Shown piece by piece: positions 19,770 through 29,272 of a stretch of 64,000 nucleotides of DNA. This stretch comes from an uncultured Clostridia bacterium. GTDB lineage: Bacteria; Bacillota; Clostridia; TANB77; CAG-508. Within the stretch, counting starts at the first letter, position 1. Every line of letters starts with the position of its first letter. The position numbers were made by a program, and so were the translations under genes. Under the pieces are notes generated by a model that did not search any database, was not told the origin of the DNA, and saw nothing but the letters and a program-made list of their open reading frames with translations. The stretch covers positions 64,442-128,441 of the forward strand of contig CAKOVU010000003.1 of the NCBI GenBank assembly GCA_934122115.1. Reading direction: 5' to 3'.

Positions 19770-19819
19770 AGAGTTCATAAGAAATATTATAATAATAAAA
19801 AAAGAAAGGACTGATAAAA

Positions 19820-20707
19820 ATGGAAAAATCAAAAGTTTATTTTACTAAGGAAATAACACCAGAAAGTGTTGTAAAAATGTATGAGATTCTTGGAGTAAAT
19901 TTACCAGGAAAGGTTGCTGTAAAATTACACTCAGGAGAGCAAGGCAATCAAAATTATATTAGACCTGAATTCGTAAAGGCGATTGTTGAAAAAGTAAATG
20001 GAACAGTTGTGGAATGTAATACTGCTTATGGTGGCGCTAGAAACACAACAGAAAAGCATGAAAAATTAATGGAAGAGCATGGATGGACAAAGTATTTTAA
20101 TGTGGATATAATGGATGCAGATGGAGATGATCTAGAGCTAGATATTCCAAATGGCAAGGTGATTAAGAAAAACTATGTTGGAAAGCATATGCAAAATTAT
20201 GATTCAATGTTAGTATTATCTCATTTTAAGGGACATCCAATGGGAGGATATGGAGGAGCATTAAAACAATTATCAATAGGATGTGGCTCATCAGCTGGTA
20301 AATCTTGGATTCATTCGGCAGGAGTAACAAAAGACCAAGAAAAATTATGGGACAATCTACCAGAACAAAATAAATTTTTGGAAGCAATGGCAGACGCTGC
20401 ATCATCAGTTCATAATATGTTTAAAGGAAGAATAGTATATATAAATGTTATGTGCAATATGTCTGTGGATTGCGATTGCTGTGCAGTTGCAGAGGACCCA
20501 TGTATGGAAGATATAGGAATATTAGCTAGCACAGACCCAATTGCTGTAGATCAAGCTTGCATAGATTTTGTTTATAATTCAAAAGATCCAGGAAGAGACC
20601 ATTTGGTAGAAAGAATAGAAAGACAAAATGGAGTTCATACAATAGAAGCAGCAAGTGAACTTGGATTTGGTTCAAGGGAGTATGAATTGATAAATGTAGA
20701 TAGGTAA
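19820..20707 (+). CDS. DUF362-family protein (putative Fe-S or Cys-cluster protein).
   Basis: 295 aa with a cysteine cluster 'CNMSVDCDCCAVAEDPC...ACIDF'. Good RBS. Confidence 0.45.
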   Translation: MEKSKVYFTKEITPESVVKMYEILGVNLPGKVAVKLHSGEQGNQNYIRPEFVKAIVEKVNGTVVECNTAYGGARNTTEKHEKLMEEHGWTKYFNVDIMDADGDDLELDIPNGKVIKKNYVGKHMQNYDSMLVLSHFKGHPMGGYGGALKQLSIGCGSSAGKSWIHSAGVTKDQEKLWDNLPEQNKFLEAMADAASSVHNMFKGRIVYINVMCNMSVDCDCCAVAEDPCMEDIGILASTDPIAVDQACIDFVYNSKDPGRDHLVERIERQNGVHTIEAASELGFGSREYELINVDR

Positions 20708-20833
20708 TTATAAACTAACCCCAATTGTTATTTTAACAGTTTAGGGAGATTTTTAAAATTTAAATAATACTCCAAGTGATATAAAATTTCCAGAGTAAAA
20801 GGAAAAAATATACTAACGTAAAAGGGGGATAAA

Positions 20834-21946
20834 ATGGAAGAAAAATCAAAGAAAAAGAAAAAAATACTAATGACGGCTCTTATTGCTGTTATTATAATTT
20901 TAGCTATAGTAGGAGGTATTTTAATAAAAACGAAGATGGATAATAATATTGATAATGGAAAATCAATAGGTAAATTTAATATTGGAAAAAATCAGCAGGT
21001 AGAAATAAAGAAAAATGAAGCAAAAACTGTAAACCTTGTGGATTATGAGAACGGACTAATAAAGATGAAAATTCCAGAGGGATGGAAGGTTGATACAATA
21101 GGTGACTACATTCATTATACTGTAATGGCATATAATCCAGAAGAACCAGAATATCAGTTTTTCTTTAATATGAAAACAGAAGGATATAATAAATCGCAAG
21201 ATGCAAAGGCATTTCAACAGAAATATTATCCAAATTCGATGTTCGCCAAAGCATCAGTAATAGAAGATAAAACGACAGAGGGATTTTACAAGATTTTTAA
21301 TGATTTAGGACCATTAAATAATACAGCAGAATTTACATTCCCAACGCTATCAAACTTTACAGTTATAGAAAAATTAGGAACTGCGGCAATTGGTGGAGAT
21401 ATATTAAGAGCTAGTTTTAAAGATGCAAATGGAAAAGATGGAGAAGGAATATTCACTGCTTATGTTTACGATGCTGGACCATACTATGTAAATGAAAATA
21501 TAGTTTCAGGGAAGAAAATTGATATATACTATTTGAATGTTTATGATACAATGTTTGTTTCTGCCCCAAAAGATAAATTAGTTGATTGGGAAGATGTTCT
21601 AACTCAAATAACGGCTTCATTCGAATTTACAGATACTTTTATAAGCCAATATAACATACAACAAGACGCTGTTATGAAAAACTTCCAAAGTGTAAGGGCA
21701 GTATGCAACCAAACATCGGATATGATAATGTCTTCATGGGAGTCTAGAAGTGCAGCTTATGACAGAATGAGTCAAAAACAGAGCGATGCGACTCTTGGAT
21801 ATGAAAGAGTATACGACACAGATACTGGAGAAATTTACAAAGCATACAATGGTTTTACAGACGACTACCAAGGAAATAGATATCAATCAATAACAGACGA
21901 TATGTATGCCAAACCAACTGATGGATATATAGAAAGAGTATATTAA
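20834..21946 (+). CDS. Hypothetical membrane-anchored protein (N-terminal TM helix, large extracytoplasmic domain).
   Basis: Lys-rich N-terminus plus 'ILMTALIAVIIILAIVGGILI'. RBS AAGGGGGA. Confidence 0.4.
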   Translation: MEEKSKKKKKILMTALIAVIIILAIVGGILIKTKMDNNIDNGKSIGKFNIGKNQQVEIKKNEAKTVNLVDYENGLIKMKIPEGWKVDTIGDYIHYTVMAYNPEEPEYQFFFNMKTEGYNKSQDAKAFQQKYYPNSMFAKASVIEDKTTEGFYKIFNDLGPLNNTAEFTFPTLSNFTVIEKLGTAAIGGDILRASFKDANGKDGEGIFTAYVYDAGPYYVNENIVSGKKIDIYYLNVYDTMFVSAPKDKLVDWEDVLTQITASFEFTDTFISQYNIQQDAVMKNFQSVRAVCNQTSDMIMSSWESRSAAYDRMSQKQSDATLGYERVYDTDTGEIYKAYNGFTDDYQGNRYQSITDDMYAKPTDGYIERVY

Positions 21947-22018
21947 AAATAAATTAACACATAATATGAATAAATAAACAAAAAATTATATAATGAAATT
22001 GAAACATTACCAGAAGAG

Positions 22019-22204
22019 TTGACGATTCAAGTGGTTAATTTTATTGAATTTTTAAAGTTATCATATGTAGATGGGGAGGCTCCTGAAAGTGTAACGATAA
22101 AAAGTAAAAAGGATTTAAAAGAAAAATTACAAAAAGGAATGAAGGATATAAAAGAGAACAAGGTATATTCTTTAGATGAAGTCTTTTATTTAAGCAAGGA
22201 TTGA
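22019..22204 (+). CDS. Small DUF2281-like protein. The start is uncertain. The conserved N-terminal LPEEL segment lies upstream of the first canonical start.
   Basis: '...LPEELTIQVVNFIEFLK...' resembles DUF2281. The open frame extends back to 21974 without an ATG or GTG. Confidence 0.3.
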   Translation: MTIQVVNFIEFLKLSYVDGEAPESVTIKSKKDLKEKLQKGMKDIKENKVYSLDEVFYLSKD

Positions 22205-22347
22205 AGGACCTGGAAAATATAGCAGGGAGTATGCCTATATTAGATGAAAAATTGACTGGAGAAAATACGTCAAACGAATGGTGCGAAAAAGTTACAGATG
22301 AGGAATATAACAAATTACCAGAATAGTAGAAAGGTAAGGTAGTATAT

Positions 22348-22893
22348 ATGAAGAAAGTAATAATTATACTAGCAGTTATAGTGATTGCAGTAATTGGAAC
22401 AATGTATTTAATTGACTCTATTAAAATGAAAAATGGTGAGAAAATGGTGTTTGGAACCTGGGGTAAAAAATATTCAGCCGTAGTAAAGACAAGCCAAAAT
22501 GAAAATGCAATAAAAGAAGAAAAATATTCTAAAACAATTGCCAATACTACAATAGAACTGAATATTCCAAGTGGCTGGAATTACAAAGAAATGCAGGTTA
22601 CAGAAAATGATAATTATGATTATGCTTTGAAACTTTACAAAAACGATGAAGAACAGTATGCAATGATATATTTTTACAAAGAAAAATTTGGAGTTTGTGG
22701 TACTGAAAGAATATCAAAAAATATAACTCTAAATAACGGAAATAAAGTTGTTGTTGGATATCATGCAGGTGATGAAGAATGGAAGGATATTATTATAGAA
22801 ACTGACAAAAACATAGTAGCAATTAATCCAAATCTACCAAAAAATGAGGCAGATGAAGCAATTGAAATTATAAAAACTGTAAACATAAAGTAA
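22348..22893 (+). CDS. Hypothetical membrane-anchored protein (N-terminal TM helix).
   Basis: 'MKKVIIILAVIVIAVIGTMYLI'. Shares an 'IP(E/S)GW' motif with the ORF at 20834. Confidence 0.4.
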   Translation: MKKVIIILAVIVIAVIGTMYLIDSIKMKNGEKMVFGTWGKKYSAVVKTSQNENAIKEEKYSKTIANTTIELNIPSGWNYKEMQVTENDNYDYALKLYKNDEEQYAMIYFYKEKFGVCGTERISKNITLNNGNKVVVGYHAGDEEWKDIIIETDKNIVAINPNLPKNEADEAIEIIKTVNIK

Positions 22894-22904
22894 ATAGTTT
22901 AAAA

Positions 22905-22936
22905 AAGCAGATAGTTGATAATTATCTGCTTTTATG
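22905..22936 (+). terminator. Rho-independent terminator.
   Basis: AGCAGATA...TATCTGCT followed by TTTTAT. Confidence 0.65.
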
Positions 22937-23069
22937 ATATAAGATATAAATAAATTTATAGAGGAAAATATGGAAAGAGTTGAAGTATATAATAGAACTA
23001 TATTGATAATTTAAATCTCTGTACAGACTTGTATGGAGATTCAAATTTTATAAAAGAAAGAGGAAAAAG

Positions 23070-23657
23070 ATGAAAGTAATATTAACGTCAAAAGGATTTG
23101 AAAATATTAAGGTGTTTAATAAAATTAAGAAGCAATTAAATATAGAGATAGATAAAGTCAGAATGCTTGTTATACCAATAGCTAGAAAAGGCAGATATAA
23201 TAAAGAAAAATATATGAAAGACTATATTGAGTTAGGTTTTAAAGAAGAGAATGTATATTTTTTTGATGATGAACATCCACAAGAATTTGAAGATTTGGAC
23301 ATAGATATTATATATGTATGTGGAGGAAACACATTTGAACTTAAACATTATTTGAAAAAGTCTGGATTTGAAAAAAATATATATAGCTATTTAAATAAAG
23401 ATGTTACATATATAGGTGCAAGTGCTGGTAGCCATATTGCAACTAAGAGTATAAAGCATGTTCTAGAGTTTGATGAAAATACAATTAATGAAAAAGATAT
23501 GTCAGGGCTTAATTTGTATGATGGAATATTAATATGTCATTATGACTCAAATAGGCGTGAGTATTATAATAAATTAATAGCCGAGAATGAAAAAGTGGAA
23601 ACTTTAACAGATGATGAAATTATGTATTTAAATGACAATGAATGGATAAAAGAATAG
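23070..23657 (+). CDS. Peptidase S51 family (dipeptidase E-like).
   Basis: 195 aa, 'YVCGGNTFEL' and 'YIGASAGSHIA' (catalytic Ser context). Confidence 0.55.
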   Translation: MKVILTSKGFENIKVFNKIKKQLNIEIDKVRMLVIPIARKGRYNKEKYMKDYIELGFKEENVYFFDDEHPQEFEDLDIDIIYVCGGNTFELKHYLKKSGFEKNIYSYLNKDVTYIGASAGSHIATKSIKHVLEFDENTINEKDMSGLNLYDGILICHYDSNRREYYNKLIAENEKVETLTDDEIMYLNDNEWIKE

Positions 23658-23668
23658 TAATGTTGGAA

Positions 23669-23697
23669 TTGAAAAGTTAACTACTTTGTGATATAAT
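23669..23697 (+). promoter_or_regulatory. polA promoter: TTGAAA, 17 nt spacer, extended -10 TGaTATAAT.
   Basis: TTGAAA at 23669-23674, TG at 23689-23690, TATAAT at 23692-23697. Confidence 0.55.
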
Positions 23698-23744
23698 TTC
23701 GATGATTCTAAAGAAACCGAAAGATTAAAATATGGAGGCAAAAT

Positions 23745-26483
23745 TTGAGTAGTAATAGATTATTAATAATAGATGGTAATAGTATAATGAATAGAGCTTT
23801 TTATGGAATAATGAGCTCTAAAATGTTGACAACGCCAGAAGGAATGTATACTAATGCAATATATGGTTTTTTAGCCATTTTATTTAAAGAATTAGAAGAT
23901 TTGAAACCAGAATATATTGCAGTAGCATTTGATTTGAAAGCTCCTACACATAGGCACAAAATGTTTGACGGATATAAAGCAACAAGACATGGAATGCCAG
24001 AAGAGCTTGCAGAGCAAATGCCTGTAATAAAAGAAATATTGAAGGATATGAATATAACTATCATAGAAAAAGAGGGGTTTGAAGCAGATGATATCTTAGG
24101 AACCATGTCAAAGAATGCTGAAGATGTAGGAATAAATACAACAATTCTTTCAGGGGATAGAGATACATTCCAACTTGCAAGTGATAGAATAACCATAAGA
24201 ATTCCAAGAACAAAAGCCGGTAAAACAGAAGAAGACGACTACGATAAAGCAAAAATAAAAGAAACATATGGAGTGGAACCTAAGCAGTTAATTCAAGTTA
24301 AAGGATTAATGGGAGATACTTCAGATAATATTCCAGGAATTCCAGGAGTTGGTGAAAAAACGGCACTAAAGTTAATACAAGAATATGGAAGTATAAACAA
24401 ATTGTATGAAGCTTTAGAATCGGGAAATTCAACTGTAAAAGGGGCACTAAAAGAGAAATTAACAAATAATAAAGAATTAGCATATATGTCTGAAACTTTA
24501 GGAAGAATATTGTTGGATGCTCCATTGGATGTAACGATTGAAGAACTTAAAGTGCAACCTTGGGACAATGAAAAAGTAACGAAAAAATTTAAAGAACTTC
24601 GTTTCAACAGATTTCTTGATAGGTTTAAATTAAATGAATTATCAAAGCCACAGAATAAGAATATTGATGAATTATTTAGTATTAAAACAATAGAAATGAA
24701 TCAAGAAAAAGACATAGCAGAAATAATAAAAAGTATAAAAGAGAAAAAAGAAATAACTTATCATTTAGAATTAGAGAAAATAAATGAAAACAGAATAATC
24801 GATAAAAAAATAAAATCTATATCAATATATAATAATGAATCAAATGAAGCAACATATATATATAACATAGAAGAAAAGAAGTTTATTGAAAAATTTAAAG
24901 AAATTTTTGAAGATGAAAATATTAAAAAAATAGGGTACGATTTAGGTATTGATTATGTGATTCTTAAAGAATTAGGAATAGAACCACAAAATATATTTTT
25001 TGATGCAAAAATAGCGGAATATGACTTAAACCCAACAAGCAAAGGAACTTTACAAGAAATATCAATTAAGTATTTGGATATAGACATTGATGAGTATTTA
25101 GAAGCAAAAACAGGTAAAAAAGATGAAGGTAATAAGCAAATAAATTTATTTGATACAGTAAAAGAAGAAGCGGAAGATAAAAATAAGTATGCAGAAACTA
25201 TAATAGTATATGTAATAGGAAAATTATTGGAAATAATGACAAAAAAGCTAGAAGAGACAGAATCATTGTCGTTGTTTACAGAGATTGAGATGCCATTAGT
25301 TCCGATATTGGGAAGCATGCAATATGAAGGAATGTACGTGGACAAAGAAGCTCTAAAAGATTTTGGAGAAGAATTAAAACAACAGATAAGTACATTGACA
25401 GATGAAATATATGAACTTGCAGGAGAAGAATTTAATATAAATTCACATCAACAGCTAGGAAATGTATTGTTTGAAAAATTAAATTTACCATCTAAAAAGA
25501 AAACTAAAAGTGGGTATTCTACAGATGTAGATGTATTAGAAAAAATAAGAAATGAACATCCTATAGTGGAGAAAGTATTGGAATATAGAACTTTAACTAA
25601 GCTAAATTCAACTTATGTAGAGGGATTATTACAATATATAAATCCAATAACTGAAAAAATACATTCATATTTTCACCAGACTATTACTGCTACAGGAAGA
25701 ATTAGCAGTACGGAACCAAACTTACAAAATATTCCTACTAGAGCAGAACTTGGCAAAAACATTAGAAAAGCATTTAAGCCTAAAGATGGAAATATATATA
25801 TAGATGCAGACTATTCTCAAATAGAATTAAGAGTATTGGCTCATATTTCGCAAGATGAAAATATGTTGGCTGCTTTTAAAAATGGAGAAGATATTCATAA
25901 ACAAGCAGCTTCAAAAGTACTAAATATTCCTATTGAAGAAGTAACAAAAGAGCAGAGGTCGTCTGCAAAAGCTGTAAACTTTGGTATAGTATATGGAATA
26001 AGTGATTTTGGATTAGCAAACCAATTAGGAGTTTCTAATAAACAAGCTAAAGAGTACATAACACAATATTTAGAAAAGTATAGTGGAATAAAACATTTCA
26101 TGGATGATATTGTGGAGAGTGCCAAAAATAAAGGGTATGTAGAGACTTTGTTCCATAGAAGAAGATATGTACCAGAGTTGAAATCAAATAATTATATGGT
26201 AAGGCAATTTGGAAGCAGAGTGGCAATGAATACACCAATACAGGGTACTGCTGCGGATATAATGAAATTAGCCATGAAAAATGTATATAAGGAATTAAAA
26301 AAGAGTAAACTAGACGCAAAACTAATATTACAAATACACGATGAATTGCTAATAGAAGTAAAAATGGAAGATAGGGAAAAAGCAAAGGATATACTAAAAA
26401 AATCAATGGTAGAAGCGGCAAAATTATCAATACCATTAGAAGTTGAAGTCTCTGAAGGAACGAACTGGTACGAAGTAAAATAA
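23745..26483 (+). CDS. polA: DNA polymerase I (5'-3' exonuclease, vestigial 3'-5' exonuclease, polymerase domains). TTG start.
   Basis: N-terminus 'LLIIDGNSIMNRAFYG'. Polymerase motifs 'RRSSAKAVNFGIVYGIS' and 'QIHDELLIEV'. Confidence 0.95.
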   Translation: MSSNRLLIIDGNSIMNRAFYGIMSSKMLTTPEGMYTNAIYGFLAILFKELEDLKPEYIAVAFDLKAPTHRHKMFDGYKATRHGMPEELAEQMPVIKEILKDMNITIIEKEGFEADDILGTMSKNAEDVGINTTILSGDRDTFQLASDRITIRIPRTKAGKTEEDDYDKAKIKETYGVEPKQLIQVKGLMGDTSDNIPGIPGVGEKTALKLIQEYGSINKLYEALESGNSTVKGALKEKLTNNKELAYMSETLGRILLDAPLDVTIEELKVQPWDNEKVTKKFKELRFNRFLDRFKLNELSKPQNKNIDELFSIKTIEMNQEKDIAEIIKSIKEKKEITYHLELEKINENRIIDKKIKSISIYNNESNEATYIYNIEEKKFIEKFKEIFEDENIKKIGYDLGIDYVILKELGIEPQNIFFDAKIAEYDLNPTSKGTLQEISIKYLDIDIDEYLEAKTGKKDEGNKQINLFDTVKEEAEDKNKYAETIIVYVIGKLLEIMTKKLEETESLSLFTEIEMPLVPILGSMQYEGMYVDKEALKDFGEELKQQISTLTDEIYELAGEEFNINSHQQLGNVLFEKLNLPSKKKTKSGYSTDVDVLEKIRNEHPIVEKVLEYRTLTKLNSTYVEGLLQYINPITEKIHSYFHQTITATGRISSTEPNLQNIPTRAELGKNIRKAFKPKDGNIYIDADYSQIELRVLAHISQDENMLAAFKNGEDIHKQAASKVLNIPIEEVTKEQRSSAKAVNFGIVYGISDFGLANQLGVSNKQAKEYITQYLEKYSGIKHFMDDIVESAKNKGYVETLFHRRRYVPELKSNNYMVRQFGSRVAMNTPIQGTAADIMKLAMKNVYKELKKSKLDAKLILQIHDELLIEVKMEDREKAKDILKKSMVEAAKLSIPLEVEVSEGTNWYEVK

Positions 26484-26507
26484 ATTTGTAAAACAGGAGA
26501 GGAAAGA

Positions 26508-27071
26508 TTGAATAAATATATACAAATAATGATTGTTGCAATCTTAATAGTTATCGTAGCAGTAATTATTAAGATAAGCGGTTTATATAATATAATCCTA
26601 AAACAGATATATCCTAAAAAATATAGCGAATATGTAGAAAAATATTCAGCTGAATATAATATAGATCCACTATTAATATATTCTGTAATTAAAGCAGAAA
26701 GTAATTTTAAAGAAACAGCAGTTTCTTCTAGTGGAGCGAAAGGACTTATGCAGCTGATGAATGCAACAGCAGAAGAAATTGCAAATAATATTGATACCCC
26801 ATTATTAGAAGATACCAGTTTGCTGGACGCTGAAAAAAATATAATGATAGGAGTTAAATATTATTCAGATTTATATCAAAAGTATAACGGAAATATGTTG
26901 TTAGCATTAGCTGCATATAATGCTGGAATAGGAAATGTAAATGAATGGATTGAAGAAGGTATAATAAAAGAAGATGGCAGTGATACAGAAAATATTCCAT
27001 TCAAGGAAACAAATATGTATGTAAGAAAAATAATAAATAATTATGTAATGTATCAGAAAATATATAGTTGA
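26508..27071 (+). CDS. Membrane-anchored lytic transglycosylase (SLT domain).
   Basis: 'AESNFKETAVSSSGAKGLMQLM' SLT motif. N-terminal TM segment. TTG start. Confidence 0.75.
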   Translation: MNKYIQIMIVAILIVIVAVIIKISGLYNIILKQIYPKKYSEYVEKYSAEYNIDPLLIYSVIKAESNFKETAVSSSGAKGLMQLMNATAEEIANNIDTPLLEDTSLLDAEKNIMIGVKYYSDLYQKYNGNMLLALAAYNAGIGNVNEWIEEGIIKEDGSDTENIPFKETNMYVRKIINNYVMYQKIYS

Positions 27072-27129
27072 TATAATGAAAATATTGATATATAATAATT
27101 AAAATTATTAAAGAGGAGGAATAACTGAT

Positions 27130-28134
27130 ATGTCAATTTTATTAACTGGAGGAGCAGGATATATAGGAAGCCATACTACTGTAGAATTATTAAATGCAGG
27201 GGAAGAATTAGTTATAATAGATAATTTTTATAATAGTAAGCCTAAAGCATTGGACGCAATAAAGAAAATTACAGGTAAAGATTTTAAATTTTATGAGATG
27301 GATTATTTAGATAGAGAAAAATTGGAGAAAGTGTTTGAAGAAAATAATATAACAGCAGTAATAAATTTTGCTGGTTATAAATGTGTTGGAGAGTCAGTGC
27401 AAAAACCAATAGAGTACTATACAAATAATGTATCTGGATGTTTAACTTTATTAGATACAATGAGAAAATTTAATGTAAAGAAGTTTATATTTAGTTCTTC
27501 AGCAACAGTATATGGAGATCCAGAAGTTATTCCTATAACAGAAGAATGCAAAACAGGAGGAACAACAAATCCATATGGAACTTCTAAATTATTTATAGAA
27601 AAAATATTAATGGATTTATATAAATCAGATAACTCATGGGATATATGTATACTAAGATACTTTAATCCAGTTGGTTCTCATGAAAGCGGACTAATAGGGG
27701 AAGAGCCTCAAGGAATACCAAACAATTTGATGCCATATGTAGCTAGAGTTGCATCAGGTCAACTAAAAGAATTATCTGTATTTGGAAATGATTATGATAC
27801 ACCTGATGGAACAGGAGTAAGAGATTATATACATGTTGTAGACTTAGCAAAAGGTCACCTTTGTGCATTAAATAAAATAGAAAAAGAAGGCAAAGGCTTG
27901 TATATATATAATTTAGGAACAGGCAAAGGATATAGTGTATTAGATATGGTTAAGGCTTTTGAAGCAACTACAGGCAAAAAAGTGCCATACAAAATCACAG
28001 AAAGAAGACCTGGAGATATAGCAACATGCTATGCAGATCCACAAAAGGCAAAAGAAGAATTAAACTGGACGGCAGAAAAAGATATAAACGATATGTGCAA
28101 AGATACATGGAATTTTATAGAAAAAAATAAATAG
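27130..28134 (+). CDS. galE: UDP-glucose 4-epimerase.
   Basis: 'ILLTGGAGYIGSHT', YxxxK, 334 aa. Confidence 0.9.
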   Translation: MSILLTGGAGYIGSHTTVELLNAGEELVIIDNFYNSKPKALDAIKKITGKDFKFYEMDYLDREKLEKVFEENNITAVINFAGYKCVGESVQKPIEYYTNNVSGCLTLLDTMRKFNVKKFIFSSSATVYGDPEVIPITEECKTGGTTNPYGTSKLFIEKILMDLYKSDNSWDICILRYFNPVGSHESGLIGEEPQGIPNNLMPYVARVASGQLKELSVFGNDYDTPDGTGVRDYIHVVDLAKGHLCALNKIEKEGKGLYIYNLGTGKGYSVLDMVKAFEATTGKKVPYKITERRPGDIATCYADPQKAKEELNWTAEKDINDMCKDTWNFIEKNK

Positions 28135-28184
28135 AGTATTTAAAGGGGAGAAATATATGCATAGTCAAATGGTTACATCTAGAC

Positions 28185-29030
28185 TTGGACGGAGAACTAA
28201 TAAGTTTTAAATTAGATGGACAGGAAAAGATACACCAAGGAGAAGATTGTTTAGACGAAAAAGGGAGAATATATTGGAAAAGGCATTTTCCAATATTATT
28301 TCCAATTGTAGGAAAATTAAAACGAAATCAAACTCTTATAAATGGACGAACATATGAAATGTCACAACATGGTTTTGCTAGAGATTTGGAATTTGAACCA
28401 ATTACTAAATTGGATAATTTTCATTCATACTTGTTAAAAAGCAATGCAAGTACATTAATAAAATATCCATATGATTTTTCATTATATGTAACATATAGAA
28501 CAGATGAAAATAAGCTTACAACAATATATAAAGTTATAAATGAAGGAGAGAACAACATGCCGTTTGGCATAGGCGGTCATCCAGCATTTATAATAGATAG
28601 AGATGATTTATTAAAAGAAGAATATTATTTAGAGTTTGAAGAAGAAGAAAACAAAATACATTTTCTTTACCTTGTAGACGGTTTAATAGGAACTGAATAT
28701 GCAAGAAATAGAATGATTGACAAAAAGAGACTACCAATAAATAAAGATAGCTTTAATGATGATGCTATAATTATGAAAGGTATAACTTCAAATAAGATAA
28801 GCTTGAAGAAAAAAACTGGAAATAAAACATTGCTTACAATGGATTTTACAGGATTTCCATATTTAGGTATATGGTCAAAACCTGGGGCACCTTTTATATG
28901 TATTGAGCCTTGGTATACTACTGCCGATACGGTAAAAAGCACAGGAAACTTTGCCGAAAAACCAGATACTATTATGCTAAGCCCTAAACAGGCTTTTGAG
29001 TGTAAATACACAGTGGAATTTTTTAATTAG
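28185..29030 (+). CDS. Aldose 1-epimerase family protein (LacX/GalM-like). The N-terminal start is uncertain.
   Basis: '...GELISFK...PILFPIVGKLK...SQHGFAR' mutarotase-like motifs. The SD-proximal ATG at 28157 is out of frame. Confidence 0.65.
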   Translation: MDGELISFKLDGQEKIHQGEDCLDEKGRIYWKRHFPILFPIVGKLKRNQTLINGRTYEMSQHGFARDLEFEPITKLDNFHSYLLKSNASTLIKYPYDFSLYVTYRTDENKLTTIYKVINEGENNMPFGIGGHPAFIIDRDDLLKEEYYLEFEEEENKIHFLYLVDGLIGTEYARNRMIDKKRLPINKDSFNDDAIIMKGITSNKISLKKKTGNKTLLTMDFTGFPYLGIWSKPGAPFICIEPWYTTADTVKSTGNFAEKPDTIMLSPKQAFECKYTVEFFN

Positions 29031-29041
29031 CCATAAAAGGA

Positions 29042-29242
29042 ATGATAAAAATGATTAAAACAATAATGATTATTATTGCGATGGTAATAATTGCAATTAG
29101 TGTTGTGATAATATATGATGCTAGAAGCATAGCACAAAAATTTTTCAGTGCAGATCAAACAAATAAAAATGTTAAAGTGTTAAAAATAGTTGGAGTTGTA
29201 GTACTGTGGATAACATTAGGTATTATATACCTAGTACATTAG
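29042..29242 (+). CDS. Small two-TM membrane protein (hypothetical).
   Basis: 66 aa, two hydrophobic helices. Occupies the space upstream of valS where a T-box leader would be expected. Confidence 0.3.
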   Translation: MIKMIKTIMIIIAMVIIAISVVIIYDARSIAQKFFSADQTNKNVKVLKIVGVVVLWITLGIIYLVH

Positions 29243-29272
29243 ATGGTCTGTAATCGACATAGGGAGGAAAAG

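Noticed and set aside
22950-23000. 14-codon ORF (MERVEVYNRTILII) after the terminator at 22905.
   Set aside because: Too short and no RBS. It is likely non-coding intergenic sequence upstream of the peptidase gene.
29243-29272. ORF-track start of valS at 29243 (MVCNRHREEK...).
   Set aside because: The ATG at 29273 is preceded by a GGGAGG RBS and matches the conserved ValRS N-terminus. The upstream extension overlaps the preceding small ORF.
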